Below the pieces are notes generated by a model, which was not told where the DNA came from, ran no database searches, and saw only the letters and a list, made by a program, of their open reading frames with translations. From NCBI GenBank assembly GCA_030390025.1, contig JASTWF010000359.1, positions 186,001-250,000 on the forward strand: DNA of 64,000 nucleotides, read 5' to 3'. The position numbers and the translations under genes were made by a program. Positions 36,122-51,100 of this stretch are shown piece after piece. The stretch comes from Squalus acanthias (Eukaryota). Numbering within the stretch: the stretch's first letter is position 1; each line of letters starts with the position of its first letter.

Positions 36122-39100
36122 TATGGCAGGGGGCTAGAAACCCATGTAGTGAAATAGAGGAAAGTGAAAGGCAGCCAGAAATAAATGGTAAAAAGGAGAG
36201 GAACAAAAAACAAAGGGCCAAACTAATTCATAAAAAATGTGAGCATAAAAAAAGCCTGAGGGTTTTATACCTTAATGCGAGAAGCATCAGGAACAAGGTA
36301 GATGAATTAGCTGTGGAAATAGAGGTTAATAATTATGATCTAATTGGGATTACGGAAACATGGTTGCAGGGTGAGCAGGGCTGGGAGCTTAACATACAGG
36401 GGTATTCAGTATTTAGGAAGGATCGACAAAAAAGAAAGGGAGGAGGGGTAGCATTGCTGGTAAAAGAGGGGATAAATGCAATTGAAAGGAAGGATATTAA
36501 CTCAGTTAATACAGAATCTATATGGGTGGAGCTAAGAAATAGCGAGGGGCGAAAAACATTAATAGGAGTGGTATATAGGCCTCCAAATAGTAAAATAGAG
36601 GTTGGGGAGGGCATCACGAGGGAAATTAGAGAAGCGTGCAATAAGAGCACAGCTGTCATCATAGGTGACTTTAACTTACATATAGATTGGACTAGCCTAA
36701 TCAGTAAAAATAATGAGGAGGAGGAATTCCTTGAGTGTTTAAGGGATGGTTATCTGGATCAATATGTCGAGGAACCAACTCGGGAACAGGCTATATTGGA
36801 CTGGGTACTGTGCAATGAGAAGGGACTAATTAGTAATCTTGTTGTACGGGGACCCTTGGGTCAGAGCGATCATAACATGATCGATTTCTCACTCGAAATG
36901 GAGAGCGAAGAAATTGACTCAGAGACTCAGGTCCTGAATTTAAACAAGGGGAATTATGATGCCATTAGACGGGAACTGAGTAGGTCTGATTGGACAACGT
37001 TCCTGGGAGGACTGGAGGTAGATAAACAATGGCAAGCATTTAAAGATAGAATGACAAAATTGCAAAAATTGTTTATACCAATCTGGCATAAAAGGAAATC
37101 TAAAAAGGTGACTCAACCGTGGATAACAGGGGAAATTAGAGACAGCATAAAATCCAAAGATAGGGCGTATAAAATAGCCAAAAAACGCGCCAGAGCGGAA
37201 GATTGGGAACAGTTTAAGATAGAGCAAAGGAGGGCAAAGGGCTTAATCAAGAAGGGCAAAATAGCTTACGAAAGCAAGCTGGCGGAAAATATAAAAACTA
37301 ACTCCAAAAGCTTTTATAAGTATATCAAGAGGAAAAGACTGGTGAAAACCAAAGTTGGTCCATTGCAGTCAGATACGGGGGAATATATAATGGGAAATAA
37401 GGAAATGGCAGACCAACTAAATGCATACTTTGGGTCAGTCTTTACGAAGGAAGACACAAAAAACCTCCCTGGGATATCGGGAAAAATAGGGACATTGGCA
37501 AAGGAGGAACTGACGCAAATCAATATCTCTAAGGATATGGTGTTAAGGAAGCTAAAGGGATTGAAGGCGGACAAATCCCCAGGGCCTGATAACATGCATC
37601 CTAGGGTACTGAAGGAGGTGGCCCTAGAGATAGCGGATGCACTAAGCATGATTTTTCAGAATTCATTAGACTCGGGAACAGTGCCCATGGATTGGAGGGT
37701 AGCTAACGTTACCCCACTATTCAAAAAGGGGGGTAGGGAAAAAGCAGGTAATTACAGACCTGTAAGCCTTACATCAGTTGTGGGCAAAATGCTGGAGTCC
37801 ATCATTAAGGATGAAATAGCCGAGCACTTAGCAAATGGGGACAGGATAGGACAGAGTCAACATGGATTTACAAAGGGTAAATCGTGCTTGACTAATCTAT
37901 TGGAATTTTTTGAGGGAGTAACTGGTAAAATAGATGGGGGAGAGCCAGTAGATGTGGTGTACCTGGACTTCCAAAAGGCCTTCGATAAGGTCCCACATAA
38001 AAGATTAGCATGGAAAATTGAAGCTCATGGGATAAAGGGGAAAGTATTGACGTGGATAGAGAACTGGCTGTCAGATAGAAAACAGAGAGTTGGAATAAAC
38101 GGCTCATTTTCTGAATGGCAGGCAGTAACAAGTGGGGTACCACAGGGATCTGTCCTGGGTCCCCAGCTGTTCACAATTTATATTAATGACCTGGATCAGG
38201 GAGTCGAATGCAGCATTTCCAAATTTGCAGACGACACTAAACTAGGAGGGGGGGTGGGCTCAGAGGAGGAGACCAGGAAGCTCCAGAGCGATTTGGACAG
38301 ACTGGGTGATTGGGCGGATAAATGGCAGATGCACTATAATGTGGACAAGTGCGAAGTTATCCACCTTGGGTGCAGGAACGGGAGGGCAAATTATTATTTA
38401 AATGGCAATAAATTGGGAGAGGGGGAAGTACAGAGAGACCTGGGTGTTCTTGTACACCAGTCACTGAAGGCGAGCATGCAGGTGCAACAGGCGGTCAAGA
38501 AGGCAAACGGTATGCTGGCCTTCATAGCAAAAGGGTTGGAATACAGGAACAGGGATACCTTGCTGCAGCTGTACAGGGCACTGGTGAGACCACACCTCGA
38601 GTACTGTGTACAGTTTTGGTCGCCTCATCTGAGGAAAGATGATCTTGCCATGGAGGGGGGTGCAGCGGCGATTCACCAGGCTGATACCAGGAATGGCGGG
38701 ATTGACCTATGAGGAGAGACTATGTAGTTTAGGGATGTACACACTGGAGTTTAGAAGATTGAGAGGGGACCTCATAGAAGTGTATAAAATTCTGACAGGT
38801 CTAGACAGATTAGATGCAGAAGGAATGTTTCCCTTGGCGGGTGAGAACAGAACTAGAGGACATAATTTAAGGATAAGGGCTAAACCATTTAGGACAGAAA
38901 TGAGGGGGAATTTCTTCACTCAGAGAGTGGTGAACCTGTGGAACTCATTGCCACAGAGGGCAGTGTACGCCAGCTCATTAAATATATTTAAGAGGGAATT
39001 AGATATATTTCTACAGGCAAAAGGGGTTAAGGGTTACGGAGAGAAGGCGGGGACGGGATACTGAATTGAAGGATCAGCCATGATCTCATTAAATGGCGGA

Positions 39101-39163
39101 GCAGGCTCGAAGGGCCGGATGGCCTACTCCTGCTCCTATCTTCTATGTATCTATGTATCTATG
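35302..39163 (+). mobile_element. CR1 family B copy 2, 5'-truncated within ORF1, inserted in the satellite
   Basis: Partial ORF1, full ORF2 region, and the same 3' UTR, tail and 3' junction as copy 1 (offset 17482). Confidence 0.97.
36118..39064 (+). pseudogene. CR1 ORF2 (APE plus RT) with one +1 frameshift in a G run at 38655-38660
   Basis: Frame is open from 36097 and includes LRVLYLNARS upstream of the track's GTG start. G6 here versus G5 in copy 1 splits it into 36313-38712 and 38639-39064; this may be a sequencing error. Confidence 0.88.
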
Positions 39164-42100
39164 TAACTCCAGGACTGTTACTGTACCTTGTGATGTAACT
39201 CCAGGACTGTTACTGTACCGTGTGATATAACTCCGGGACTGTTACTGTACCGTGTGATATAACTCCAGGACTGTTACTGTACCGTGTGATATAACTCCAG
39301 GACTGTTACTGTACCGTGTGATATAACTCCAGGACTGTTACTGTACCGTGTGATATGACTCCAGGACTGTTACTGTACCGTGTGATATAACTCCAGGACT
39401 GTTACTATACCGTGTGATATAACTCCAGGACCGTTACTGTACCGTGTGATATAACTCCAGGACTGTTACTGTACCGTGTGATATAACTCCAGGACTGTTA
39501 CTGTAACGTGTGATATAACTCCAGGACCGTTACTGTACCGTGTGATATAAGTCCAGGTCAGTTACTGTAACATGTGATATAACTCCAGGACTGTTAAAGT
39601 ACCGTGTGATATAACTCCAGGACTGTTACTGTACCGTGTGATATAACTCCAGGACTTTTACTGTACTGTGTGATATAACTCCAGGACTGTTACTGTACCG
39701 TGTGATATAACTACAGGACTGTTACTGTACCGTGTGATATAACTCCGGGACTGTTACTGTACCGTGTGATATAACTCCAGGACCGTTACTGTACCGTGTG
39801 ATATAACTCCAGGAATGTTACTGTACCTTGTGATGTAACTCCAGGACTGTTACTGTACCGTGTGATATAACTCCGGGACTGTTACTGTACCGTGTGATAT
39901 AACTCCAGGACTGTTACTGTACCGTGTGATATAACTCCAGGACTGTTACTGTACCGTGTGATATAACTCCAGGACTGTTACTGTACCGTGTGATATAACT
40001 CCAGGACTGTTACTGTACCGTGTGATATAACTCCAGGACTGTTACTATACCGTGTGATATAACTCCAGGACCGTTACTGTACCGTGTGATATAACTCCAG
40101 GACTGTTACTGTACCGTGTGATATAACTCCAGGACTGTTACTGTAACGTGTGATATAACTCCAGGACCGTTACTGTACCGTGTGATATAAGTCCAGGTCA
40201 GTTACTGTACATGTGATATAACTCCAGGACTGTTAAAGTACCGTGTGATATAACTCCAGGACTGTTACTGTACCGTGTGATATAACTCCAGGACTTTTAC
40301 TGTACTGTGTGATATAACTCCAGGACTGTTACTGTACCGTGTGATATAACTACAGGACTGTTACTGTACCGTGTGATATAACTCCGGGACTGTTACTGTA
40401 CCGTGTGATATAACTCCAGGACTATTACTGTACCGTGTGATATAACTCCAGGACCGTTACTGTACCGTGTGATATAACTCCAGGACTGTTACTGTACCGT
40501 GTGATATAACTCCAGGACCGTTACTGTACCGTGTGATATAACTCCAGGACTGTTACTGTACCGTGTGATATAACTCCAGGACCGTTACTGTACCGTGTGA
40601 TATAACTTCAGGACCGTTACTGTACCATGTGATATAACTCCAGGACTGTTACTGTACTGTGTGATATAACTCCAGGACTGTTACTGTACCATGTGATATA
40701 ACTCCAGGACCGTTACTGTACCTTGTGATATAACTCCAGGACTGTTACTGTACCGTGTGATATAAGTCCAGGACCGTTACTGTACCGTGTGATATAACTC
40801 CGGGGCTGTTACTGTACCTTGTGATATAACTCCAGGACTGTTACTGTACCATGTGATATAACTCCAGGACCGTTACTGGACAGTGTGATATAACTCCAGG
40901 ACTGTTACTGTACCGTGTGATATAACTCCAGGACCGTTACTGTACCGTGTGATATAACTCCAGGACTGTTACTGTACCATGTGATATAACTCTGGGACCG
41001 TTACTGTACCGTGTGATATAACTCCAGGACCGTTACTGTACCATGTGATATAACTCCAGGACTGTTACTGTGCCATGTGATATAACTCTTGGACCGTTAC
41101 TGTACCTTGTGATATAACTCCAGGACCGTTACTGTAACTTGTGATATAACTCCAGGACCGTTGCTGTACCGTGTGATATAACTCCAGGACTGTTACTGTA
41201 CCGTGTGATATAACTCCAGGACCGTTACTGTACCGTGTGATATAACTCCAGGACTGTTACTGTACCGTGTGATATAACTCCAGGACTGTTACTGTACCAT
41301 GTGATATAACTACAGGACCGCTACTGTAACTTGTGATATAACTCCAGGACCGTTACTGTACCATGTGATATAACTCCAGGACTGTTACTGTACCATGTGA
41401 TATAACTCCAGGACCGTTACTGTACCATGTGATATAACTGCAGGACTTTTACTGTACCGTGTGATATAACTCCAGGACCGTTACTGCACCGTGTGATATA
41501 ACTCCAGGACTGTTACTGTACCGTATGATATAACTCCAGAACCGTTACTGTACCTTGTGATATAACTCCAGGACTGTTACTGTACCGTGTGATATAACTC
41601 CAGGACCATTGCTGTACCGTGTGATATAACTCCAGGACCGTTACTGTACCGTGTGATATCACTCAGGACTGTTACTGTACCGTGTGATGTAACTCCAGGA
41701 CCGTTACTGTAGCGTGTGATATAACTCCAGGACCGTTACTGTACCGTGTGATATAACTCCAGGACTGTTACTGTACCGTGTGATAAAACTCCGGGACTGT
41801 TACTGTACCATGTGATATAACTCCGGGACTGTTACTGTACCTTGTGATATAACTCCAGGACTGTTACTGTACCGTGTGATATCACTCCAGGACCGTTACT
41901 GTACCGTGTGATATAACTCCAGGACCGTTACTGTACCGTGTGATATAACTCCAGGACAGTTACTGTACCTTGTGATATAACTCCAGGACTGTTGCTGTAC
42001 CATGTGATATAACTCCGGGACTGTTACTGGACCGTGTGAAATAACTCCAGGACTATTACTGTACCGTGTGATAAAACTCCAGGACTATTACTGTACCGTG

Positions 42101-45100
42101 TGATATAACTCCGATACTGTTACTGTACCGTGTGATATAACTCCAGGGCTGTTACTGTACCGTGTGATATAACTCCAGGACTGTTACTGTAACGTGTGAT
42201 ATAACTCCAGGACCGTTACTGTACCGTGTGATATAAGTCCAGGTCAGTTACTGTAGCATGTGATATAACTCCAGGACTGTTAAAGTACCGTGTTATATAA
42301 CTCCAGGACTGTTACTGTACCGTGTGATATAACTCCAGGACTGTTACTGTACTGTGTGATATAACTCCAGGACTGTTACTGTACCGTGTGATATAACTAC
42401 AGGACTGTTACTGTACCGTGTGATATAACTCCGGGACTGTTACTGTACCGTGTGATATAACTCCAGGACTATTACTGTACCGTGTGATATAACTCCAGGA
42501 CCGTTACTGTACCGTGTGATATAACTCCAGGACTGTTACTGTACCGTGTGATATAACTCCAGGACCGTTATTGTACCGTGTGATATAACTCCAGGAATGT
42601 TACTGTACCGTGTGATATAAATCCAGGACTGTTACTGTACCGTGTGATATAACTCCAGGACTGTTACTGTACCTTGTGATGTAACTCCAGGACTGTTACT
42701 GTACCGTGTGATATAACTCCGGACTGTTACTGTACCGTGTGATATAACTCCAGGACTGTTACTGTACCGTGTGATATAACTCCAGGACTGTTACTGTACC
42801 GTGTGATATAACTCCAGGACTGTTACTGTACCGTGTGATATAACTCCAGGACTGTTACTGTACCGTGTGATATAACTCCAGGACTGTTACTGTACCGTGT
42901 GATATAACTCCAGGACCGTTACTGTACCGTGTGATATAACTCCAGGACTGTTACTGTACCGTGTGATATAACTCCAGGACTGTTACTGTAACGTGTGATA
43001 TAACTCCAGGACCGTTACTGTACCGTGTGATATAAGTCCAGGTCAGTTACTGTAACATGTGATATAACTCCAGGACTGTTAAAGTACCGTGTGATATAAC
43101 TCCAGGACTGTTACTGTACCGTGTGATATAACTCCAGGACTTTTACTGTACTGTGTGATATAACTCCAGGACTGTTACTGTACCGTGTGATATAACTACA
43201 GGACTGTTACTGTACCGTGTGATATAACTCCGGGACTGTTACTGTACCGTGTGATATAACTCCAGGACCGTTACTGTACCGTGTGATATAACTCCAGGAA
43301 TGTTACTGTACCGTGTGATATAAATCCAGGACTGTTACTGTACCGTGTGATATAACTCCAGGACTGTTACTGTACCTTGTGATGTAACTCCAGGACTGTT
43401 ACTGTACCGTGTGATATAACTCCGGGACTGTTACTGTACCGTGTGATATAACTCCAGGACTGTTACTGTACCGTGTGATATAACTCCAGGACTGTTACTG
43501 TACCGTGTGATATAACTCCAGGACTGTTACTGTACCGTGTGATATAACTCCAGGACTGTTACTGTACCGTGTGATATAACTCCAGGACTGTTACTATACC
43601 GTGTGATATAACTCCAGGACCGTTACTGTACCGTGTGATATAACTCCAGGACTGTTACTGTACCGTGTGATATAACTCCAGGACTGTTACTGTAACGTGT
43701 GATATAACTCCAGGACCGTTACTGTACCGTGTGATATAACTCCAGGACAGTTACTGTAACATGTGATATAACTCCAGGACTGTTAAAGTACCGTGTGATA
43801 TAACTCCAGGACTGTTACTGTACCGTGTGATATAACTCCAGGACTTTTACTGTACTGTGTGATATAACTCCAGGACTGTTACTGTACCGTGTGATATAAC
43901 TCCAGGACTGTTACTGTACCGTGTGATATAACTCCGGACTGTTACTGTACCGTGTGATATAACTCCAGGACTATTACTGTACCGTGTGATATAACTCCAG
44001 GACCGTTACTGTACCGTGTGATATAACTCCAGGACTGTTACTGTACCGTGTGATATAACTCCAGGACCGTTACTGTACCGTGTGATATAACTCCAGGACT
44101 GTTACTGTACCGTGTGATATAACTCCAGGACCGTTACTGACCGTGTGATATAACTCAGGACCGTTACTGTACCATGTGATATAACTCCAGGACTGTTACT
44201 GTACTGTGTGATATAACTCCAGGACTGTTACTGTACCATGTGATATAACTCCAGGACCGTTACTGTACCTTGTGATATAACTCCAGGACTGTTACTGTAC
44301 CGTGTGATATAAGTCCAGGACCGTTACTGTACCGTGTGATATAACTCCAGGACCGTTACTGTACCGTGTGATATAACTGCAGGACAGTTACTGTACCTTG
44401 TGATATAACTCCAGGACTGTTACTGTACCATGTGATATAACTCCGGGACTGTTCCTGGACCGTGTGATATAACTCCAGGACTATTACTGTACCGTGTGAT
44501 AAAACTCCAGGACTTTACTGTACCGTGTGATATAACTCCGAGACTGTTACTGTACCGTGTGATATAACTCCGGGACTGTTACTGCACCATGTGATATAAC
44601 TCCGGTACTGTTACTGTACCGTGTGATATAACTCCAGGACTGTTACTGTACCATGTGATATAACTCCAGGACTGTTACTGTACCATGTGATATAACTCCA
44701 GGACTATTACTGTACCGTGTGATACAACTCCAGGACTGTTAGTGTATCGTGTGATATAACTCCAGGACTGTTACTGTACCGTGTGATATAACTCCGGGAC
44801 TGTTACTGTACCGTGTGAAATAACTCTGGGACTGTTACTGTACCGTGTGATATAACTCCGGTACTGTTACTGTACCGTGTGATATAACTCCGGGACTGTT
44901 ACTGTACCTTGTGATATAACTCCAGGACTGTTACTGTACCATGTGATATAACTCCAGGACTGTTACTGTAACATGTGATATAACTCTGGGACCGTTACTG
45001 TACCGTGTGATATAACTCCAGGACCGTTACTGTACCGTGTGATATAACTCCAGGACTGTTACTGTGCCATGTGATATAACTCTTGGACCGTTACTGTACC

Positions 45101-48100
45101 TTGTGATATAACTCCAGGACCGTTACTGTAACTTGTGATATAACTCCAGGACCGTTACTGTACCGTGTGATATAACTCCAGGACTGTTACTGTACCGTGT
45201 GATATAACTCCAGGACCGTTACTGTACCGTGTGATATAACTCCAGGACTGTTACTGTACCATGTGATATAACTCCAGGACTGTTACTGTACCATGTGATA
45301 TAACTCCAGGACCGTTACTGTAACTTGTGATATAACTCCAGGACCGTTACTGTACCGTGTGATATAACTCCAGGACTGTTACTATACCATGTGATATAAC
45401 TCCAGGACTGTTACTGTACCGTGTGATATAACTCCAGGACCGTTACTGTACCGTGTGATATAACTCCAGGACTGTTACTGTACCATGTGATATAACTCCA
45501 GGACTGTTACTGTACCATGTGATATAACTCCAGGACTGTTACTGTACCATGTGATATAACTCCAGGACTGTTACTGTACCATGTGATATAACTGCAGGAC
45601 TTTTACTGTACCGTGTGATATAACTCCAGGACCGTTACTGCACCGTGTGATATAACTCCAGGACTGTTACTGTACCATGTGATATAACTGCAGGACTTTT
45701 ACTGTACCGTGTGATATAACTCCAGGACCGTTACTGCACCGTGTGATATAACTCCAGGACTGTTACTGTACCGTGTGATATAACTCCAGGACCGTTACTG
45801 TACCTTGTGATATAACTCCAGGACTGTTACTGTACCGTGTGATATAACTCCAGGACCATTACTGTACCGTGTGATATAACTCCAGGACCGTTACTGTACC
45901 GTGTGATATCACTCAGGACTGTTACTGTACCGTGTGATATAACTACAGGACTGTTACTGTACCGTGTGATATAACTCCAGGACTATTACTGTACCATGTG
46001 ATATAACTCCAGGACTGTTACTGTACCATGTGATATAACTACAGGACCGCTGCTGTACCGTGTGATACAATTCCAGGACCGTTACTGTACCATGTGATAT
46101 AACTCCAGGACTGTTACTGTACCATGTGATATAACTCCAGGACCGTTACTGTACCTTGTGTTATAACTCCAGGACTGTTACTGTACCATGTGATATAACT
46201 GCAGGACTTTTACTGTAACGTGTGATATAACTCCAGGACCGTTACTGCACCGTGTGATATAACTCCAGGACTGTTACTGTACCGTGTGATATAACTCCAG
46301 GACCGTTACTGTACCTTGTGATATAACTCCAGGACTGTTACTGTACCGTGTGATATAACTCCAGGACCATTACTGTACCGTGTGATATAACTCCAGGACC
46401 GTTACTGTACCGTGTGATATCACTCAGGACTGTTACTGTACCGTGTGATATAACTCCAGGACCGTTACTGTAGCGTGTGATATAACTCCAGGACCGTTAC
46501 TGTACCGTGTGATAAAACTCCGGGACTGTTACTGTACCATGTGATATAACTCCGGGACTGTTACTGTACCTTGTGATATAACTCCAGGACTGTTACTGTA
46601 CCATGTGATATAACTCCGGGACTGTTACTGGACCGTGTGAAATAACTCCAGGACTATTACTGTACCGTGTGATATCACTTCAGGACCGTTACTGTACCGT
46701 GTGATATAACTCCAGGACCGTTACTGTACCGTGTGATATAACTCCAGGACAGTTACTGTACCTTGTGATATAACTCCAGGACTGTTACTGTACCATGTGA
46801 TATAACTCCGGGACTGTTACTGGACCGTGTGAAATAACTCCAGGACTGTTACTGTACCGTGTGATATAACTCCAGGACTGTTACTGTACCGTGTGATATA
46901 ACTCCAGGACCATTACTGTACCGTGTGATGTAACTCCAGGACCGTTACTGTACCGTGTGATATCACTCAGGACTGTTACTGTACCGTGTGATATAACTCC
47001 AGGACCGTTACTGTACCGTGTGATATAACTCCAGGACTGTTACTGTACCATGTGATATAACTCCAGGACCGTTACTGTACCGTGTGATAAAACTCCGGGA
47101 CTGTTACTGTACCATGTGATATAACTCCGGGACTGTTACTGTACCTTGTGATATAACTCCAGGACTGTTACTGTACCATGTGATATAACTCCGGGACTGT
47201 TACTGGACCGTGTGAAATAACTCCAGGACTATTACTGTACCGTGTGATATCACTCCAGGACTGTTACTGTACCGTGTGATATAACTCCAGGACCGTTACT
47301 GTACCGTGTGATATAACTCCAGGACAGTTACTGTACCTTGTGATATAACTCCAGGACTGTTACTGTACCATGTGATATAACTCCGGGACTGTTACTGGAC
47401 CGTGTGAAATAACTCCAGGACTATTACTGTACCGTGTGATAAAACTCCAGGACTATTACTGTACCGTGTGATATAACTCCGATACTGTTACTGTACCGTG
47501 TGATGTAACTCCGGGACTGTTACTCCACCGTGTGATATAACTCCGGTACTGTTACTGTACCGTGTGATATAACTCCAGGACTGTTACTGTACCATGTGAT
47601 ATAACTCCAGGACTGTTACTGTACCATGTGATATAACTCCAGGACTATTACTGTACCGTGTGATACAACACCAGGACTGTTAGTGTATCGTGTGATATAA
47701 CTCCAGGACTGTTACTGTACCGTGTGATATAACTCCGGGACTGTTACTGTTCCGTGTGACATAACTCCAGGACTGTTACTGTACCGTGTGATATAACTCC
47801 GGTACTGTTACTGTACCGTGTGATATAACTCCGGGACTGTTACTGTACCTTGTGATATAACTCCAGGACTGTTACTGTACCATGTGATATAACTCCAGGA
47901 CCGTTACTGGACCGTGTGATATAACTCCAGGACTGTTACTGTACCGTGTGATATAACTCCAGGACGGTTACTGTACCATGTGATATAACTACAGGACCGT
48001 TACTGTACCGTGTGATACAACTCCAGGACCATTACTGTACCATGTGATATAACTCCAGGACCGTTACTGTACCTTGTGTTATAACTCCAGGACTGTTACT

Positions 48101-51100
48101 GTACCATGTGATATAACTGCAGGACTTTTACTGTACCGTGTGATATAACTCCAGGACCGTTACTGCACCGTGTGATATAACTCCAGGACTGTTACTGTAC
48201 CGTGTGATATAACTCCAGGACAGTTACTGTACCTTGTGATATAACTCAAGGACTGTTACTGTACCGTGTGATATAACTCCAGGACCGTTACTGTACCGTG
48301 TGATATAACTCCAGGACCGTTACTGTACCGTGTGATATCACTCCAGGACTGTTACTGTACCGTGTGATATAACTCCAGGACCGTTACTGTAGCGTGTGAT
48401 ATAACTCCAGGACCGTTACTGTACCGTGTGATATAACTCCGGGACTGTTACTGTACCATGTGATATAACTCCGGGACTGTTACTGTACCTTGTGATATAA
48501 CTCCAGGACTGTTACTGTACCGTGTGATATAACTCCAGGACCGTTACTGTACCGTGTGATATAACTCCAGGACCGTTACTGTACCGTGTGATATAACTCC
48601 AGGACAGTTACTGTACCTTGTGATAAAACTCCAGGACCGTTACTGTACCGTGTGATATAACTCGAGGACTGTTACTGTACCATGTGATATAACTCCGGGA
48701 CTGTTACTGTACCATGTGATATAAGTCCAGGACTATTACTGTACCGTGTGATATAACTCCGGGACTGTTACTGTACCGTGTGATATAACTCCAGGACTAT
48801 TACTGTACCGTGTGATATGACTCCAGGACCGTCACTGTACCATGTGATATAACTCCAGGACTGATACTGTACCGTGTGAAATAACTCCGGGAACAGTACT
48901 GTACCGTGTGATATAACTCCAGGAATGTTACTGTACCGTGTGATATAAATCCAGGACTGTTACTGTACCGTGTGATATAACTCCAGGACTGTTACTGTAC
49001 CTTGTGATGTAACTCCAGGACTGTTACTGTACCGTGTGATATAACTCCAGGACTGTTACTGTACCGTGATATATAGCTCCAGGACTGTTACTGTACCGTG
49101 TGATATAACTCCAGGACTGTTACTGTACCGTGTGATATAACTCCAGGACTGTTACTATACCGTTTGATATAACTCCAGGACCGTTACTGTACCGTGTGAT
49201 ATAACTCCAGGACTGTTACTGTACCGTGTGATATAACTCCAGGACTGTTACTGTAACTTGTGATATAACTCCAGGACCGTTACTGTACCGTGTGATATAA
49301 GTCCAGGTCAGTTACTGTAACATGTGATATAACTCCAGGACTGTTAAAGTACCGTGTGATATAACTCCAGGACTGTTACTGTAATGTGTGATATAACTCC
49401 AGGACTGTTACTGTACTGTGTGATATAACTCCAGGACTGTTACTGTACCGTGTGATATAACTACAGGACTGTTACTGTACCGTGTGATATAACTCCGGGA
49501 CTATTACTGTACCGTGTGATATAACTCCAGGACTGTTACTGTACCGTGTGATATAACTCCGGGACTGCTACTGTAGCGTGTGATATAACTCCGGTACTGT
49601 TACTGTACCGTGTGATATAACTCCGGGGCTGTTACTGTACCTTGTGATATAACTCCAGGACTGTTACTGTACCATGTGATATAACTCCAGGACGTTACTG
49701 TACCGTGTGATATAACTCCAGGACTGTTACTGTACCGTGTGATATAACTCCAGGACCGTTACTGTACCGTGTGATATAACTCCAGGACTGTTACTGTACC
49801 ATGTGATATAACTCCAGGACCGTTACTGTACCGTGTGATATAACTCCAGGACTGTTACTGTACCATGTGATATAACTCCGGGACCGTTACTGTACCGTGT
49901 GATATAACTCCAGGACCGTTACTGTAACTTGTGATATAACTCCAGGACTGTTACTGTACCGTGTGATATAACTCCAGGACCGTTACTGTACCGTGTGATA
50001 TAACTCCAGGACTGTTACTGTACCGTGTGATATAACTCCAGGACTGTTACTGTACCGTGTGATATAACTCCAGGACTGTTACTGTACCGTGTGATATAAC
50101 TCCAGGACTGTTACTGTACCGTGTGATATAACTCCAGGACTGTTACTGTACCGTGTGATATAACTCCAGGACCGTTACTGTACCGTGTGATATAACTCCA
50201 GGACCGTTACTGTACCATGTGATATAACTCCAGGACTGTTACTGTACATTGTGATATAACTCCAGGACCGTTACTGTACCTTGTGTTATAACTCCAGGAC
50301 TGTTACTGTACTGTGTGATATAACTCCAGGACTGTTACTGTACCGTGTGATATAACTCCAGGACCGTTACTGTACCGTGTGATATAACTCCAGGACTGTT
50401 ACTGTACCGTGTGATATAACTCCAGGACCGTTACTGTACCGTGTGATATAATTCCAGGACAGTTACTGTACCATGTGATATAACTCCAGGACTGTTACTG
50501 TACCGTGTGATATAACTCCAGGACTGTTACTGTACTGTGTGATATAACTCCAGGACTGTTACTGTACCTGTGTGATATAACTCCAGGACTGTTACTGTAC
50601 CGTGTGATATAACTCAGGACTGTTACTGTACCGTGTGATATAACTCCAGGACTTTACTGTACCGTGTGATATAACTCCAGGACTGTTACTGTACCGTGTG
50701 ATATAACTCCGGACTGTTACTGTACCGTGTGATATAACTCCAGGACTGTTACTGTACCGTGTGATATAACTCCGGGACTGTTACTGTACCTTGTGATATA
50801 ACTCCAGGACTGTTACTGTACCATGTGATATAACTCCAGGACTGTACTGTACCGTGTGATATAACTCCAGGACTGTTACTGTACCGTGTGATATAACTCC
50901 AGGACCGTTACTGTACCGTGTGATATAACTCCAGGACTGTTACTGTACCGTGTGATATAACTCCAGGACTGTTACTGTACCGTGTGATATAACTCCAGGA
51001 CTGTTACTGTACCATGTGATATAACTCCAGGACCGTTACTGTACCGTGTGATATAACTCCAGGACCGTTACCTGAACTTGTGATATAACTCCAGGTACTG

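Noticed and set aside
36123..36137. ATG just after the ORF1 stop as the ORF2 start
   Set aside because: It is in the third frame and closes after four codons (ATG GCA GGG GGC TAG).
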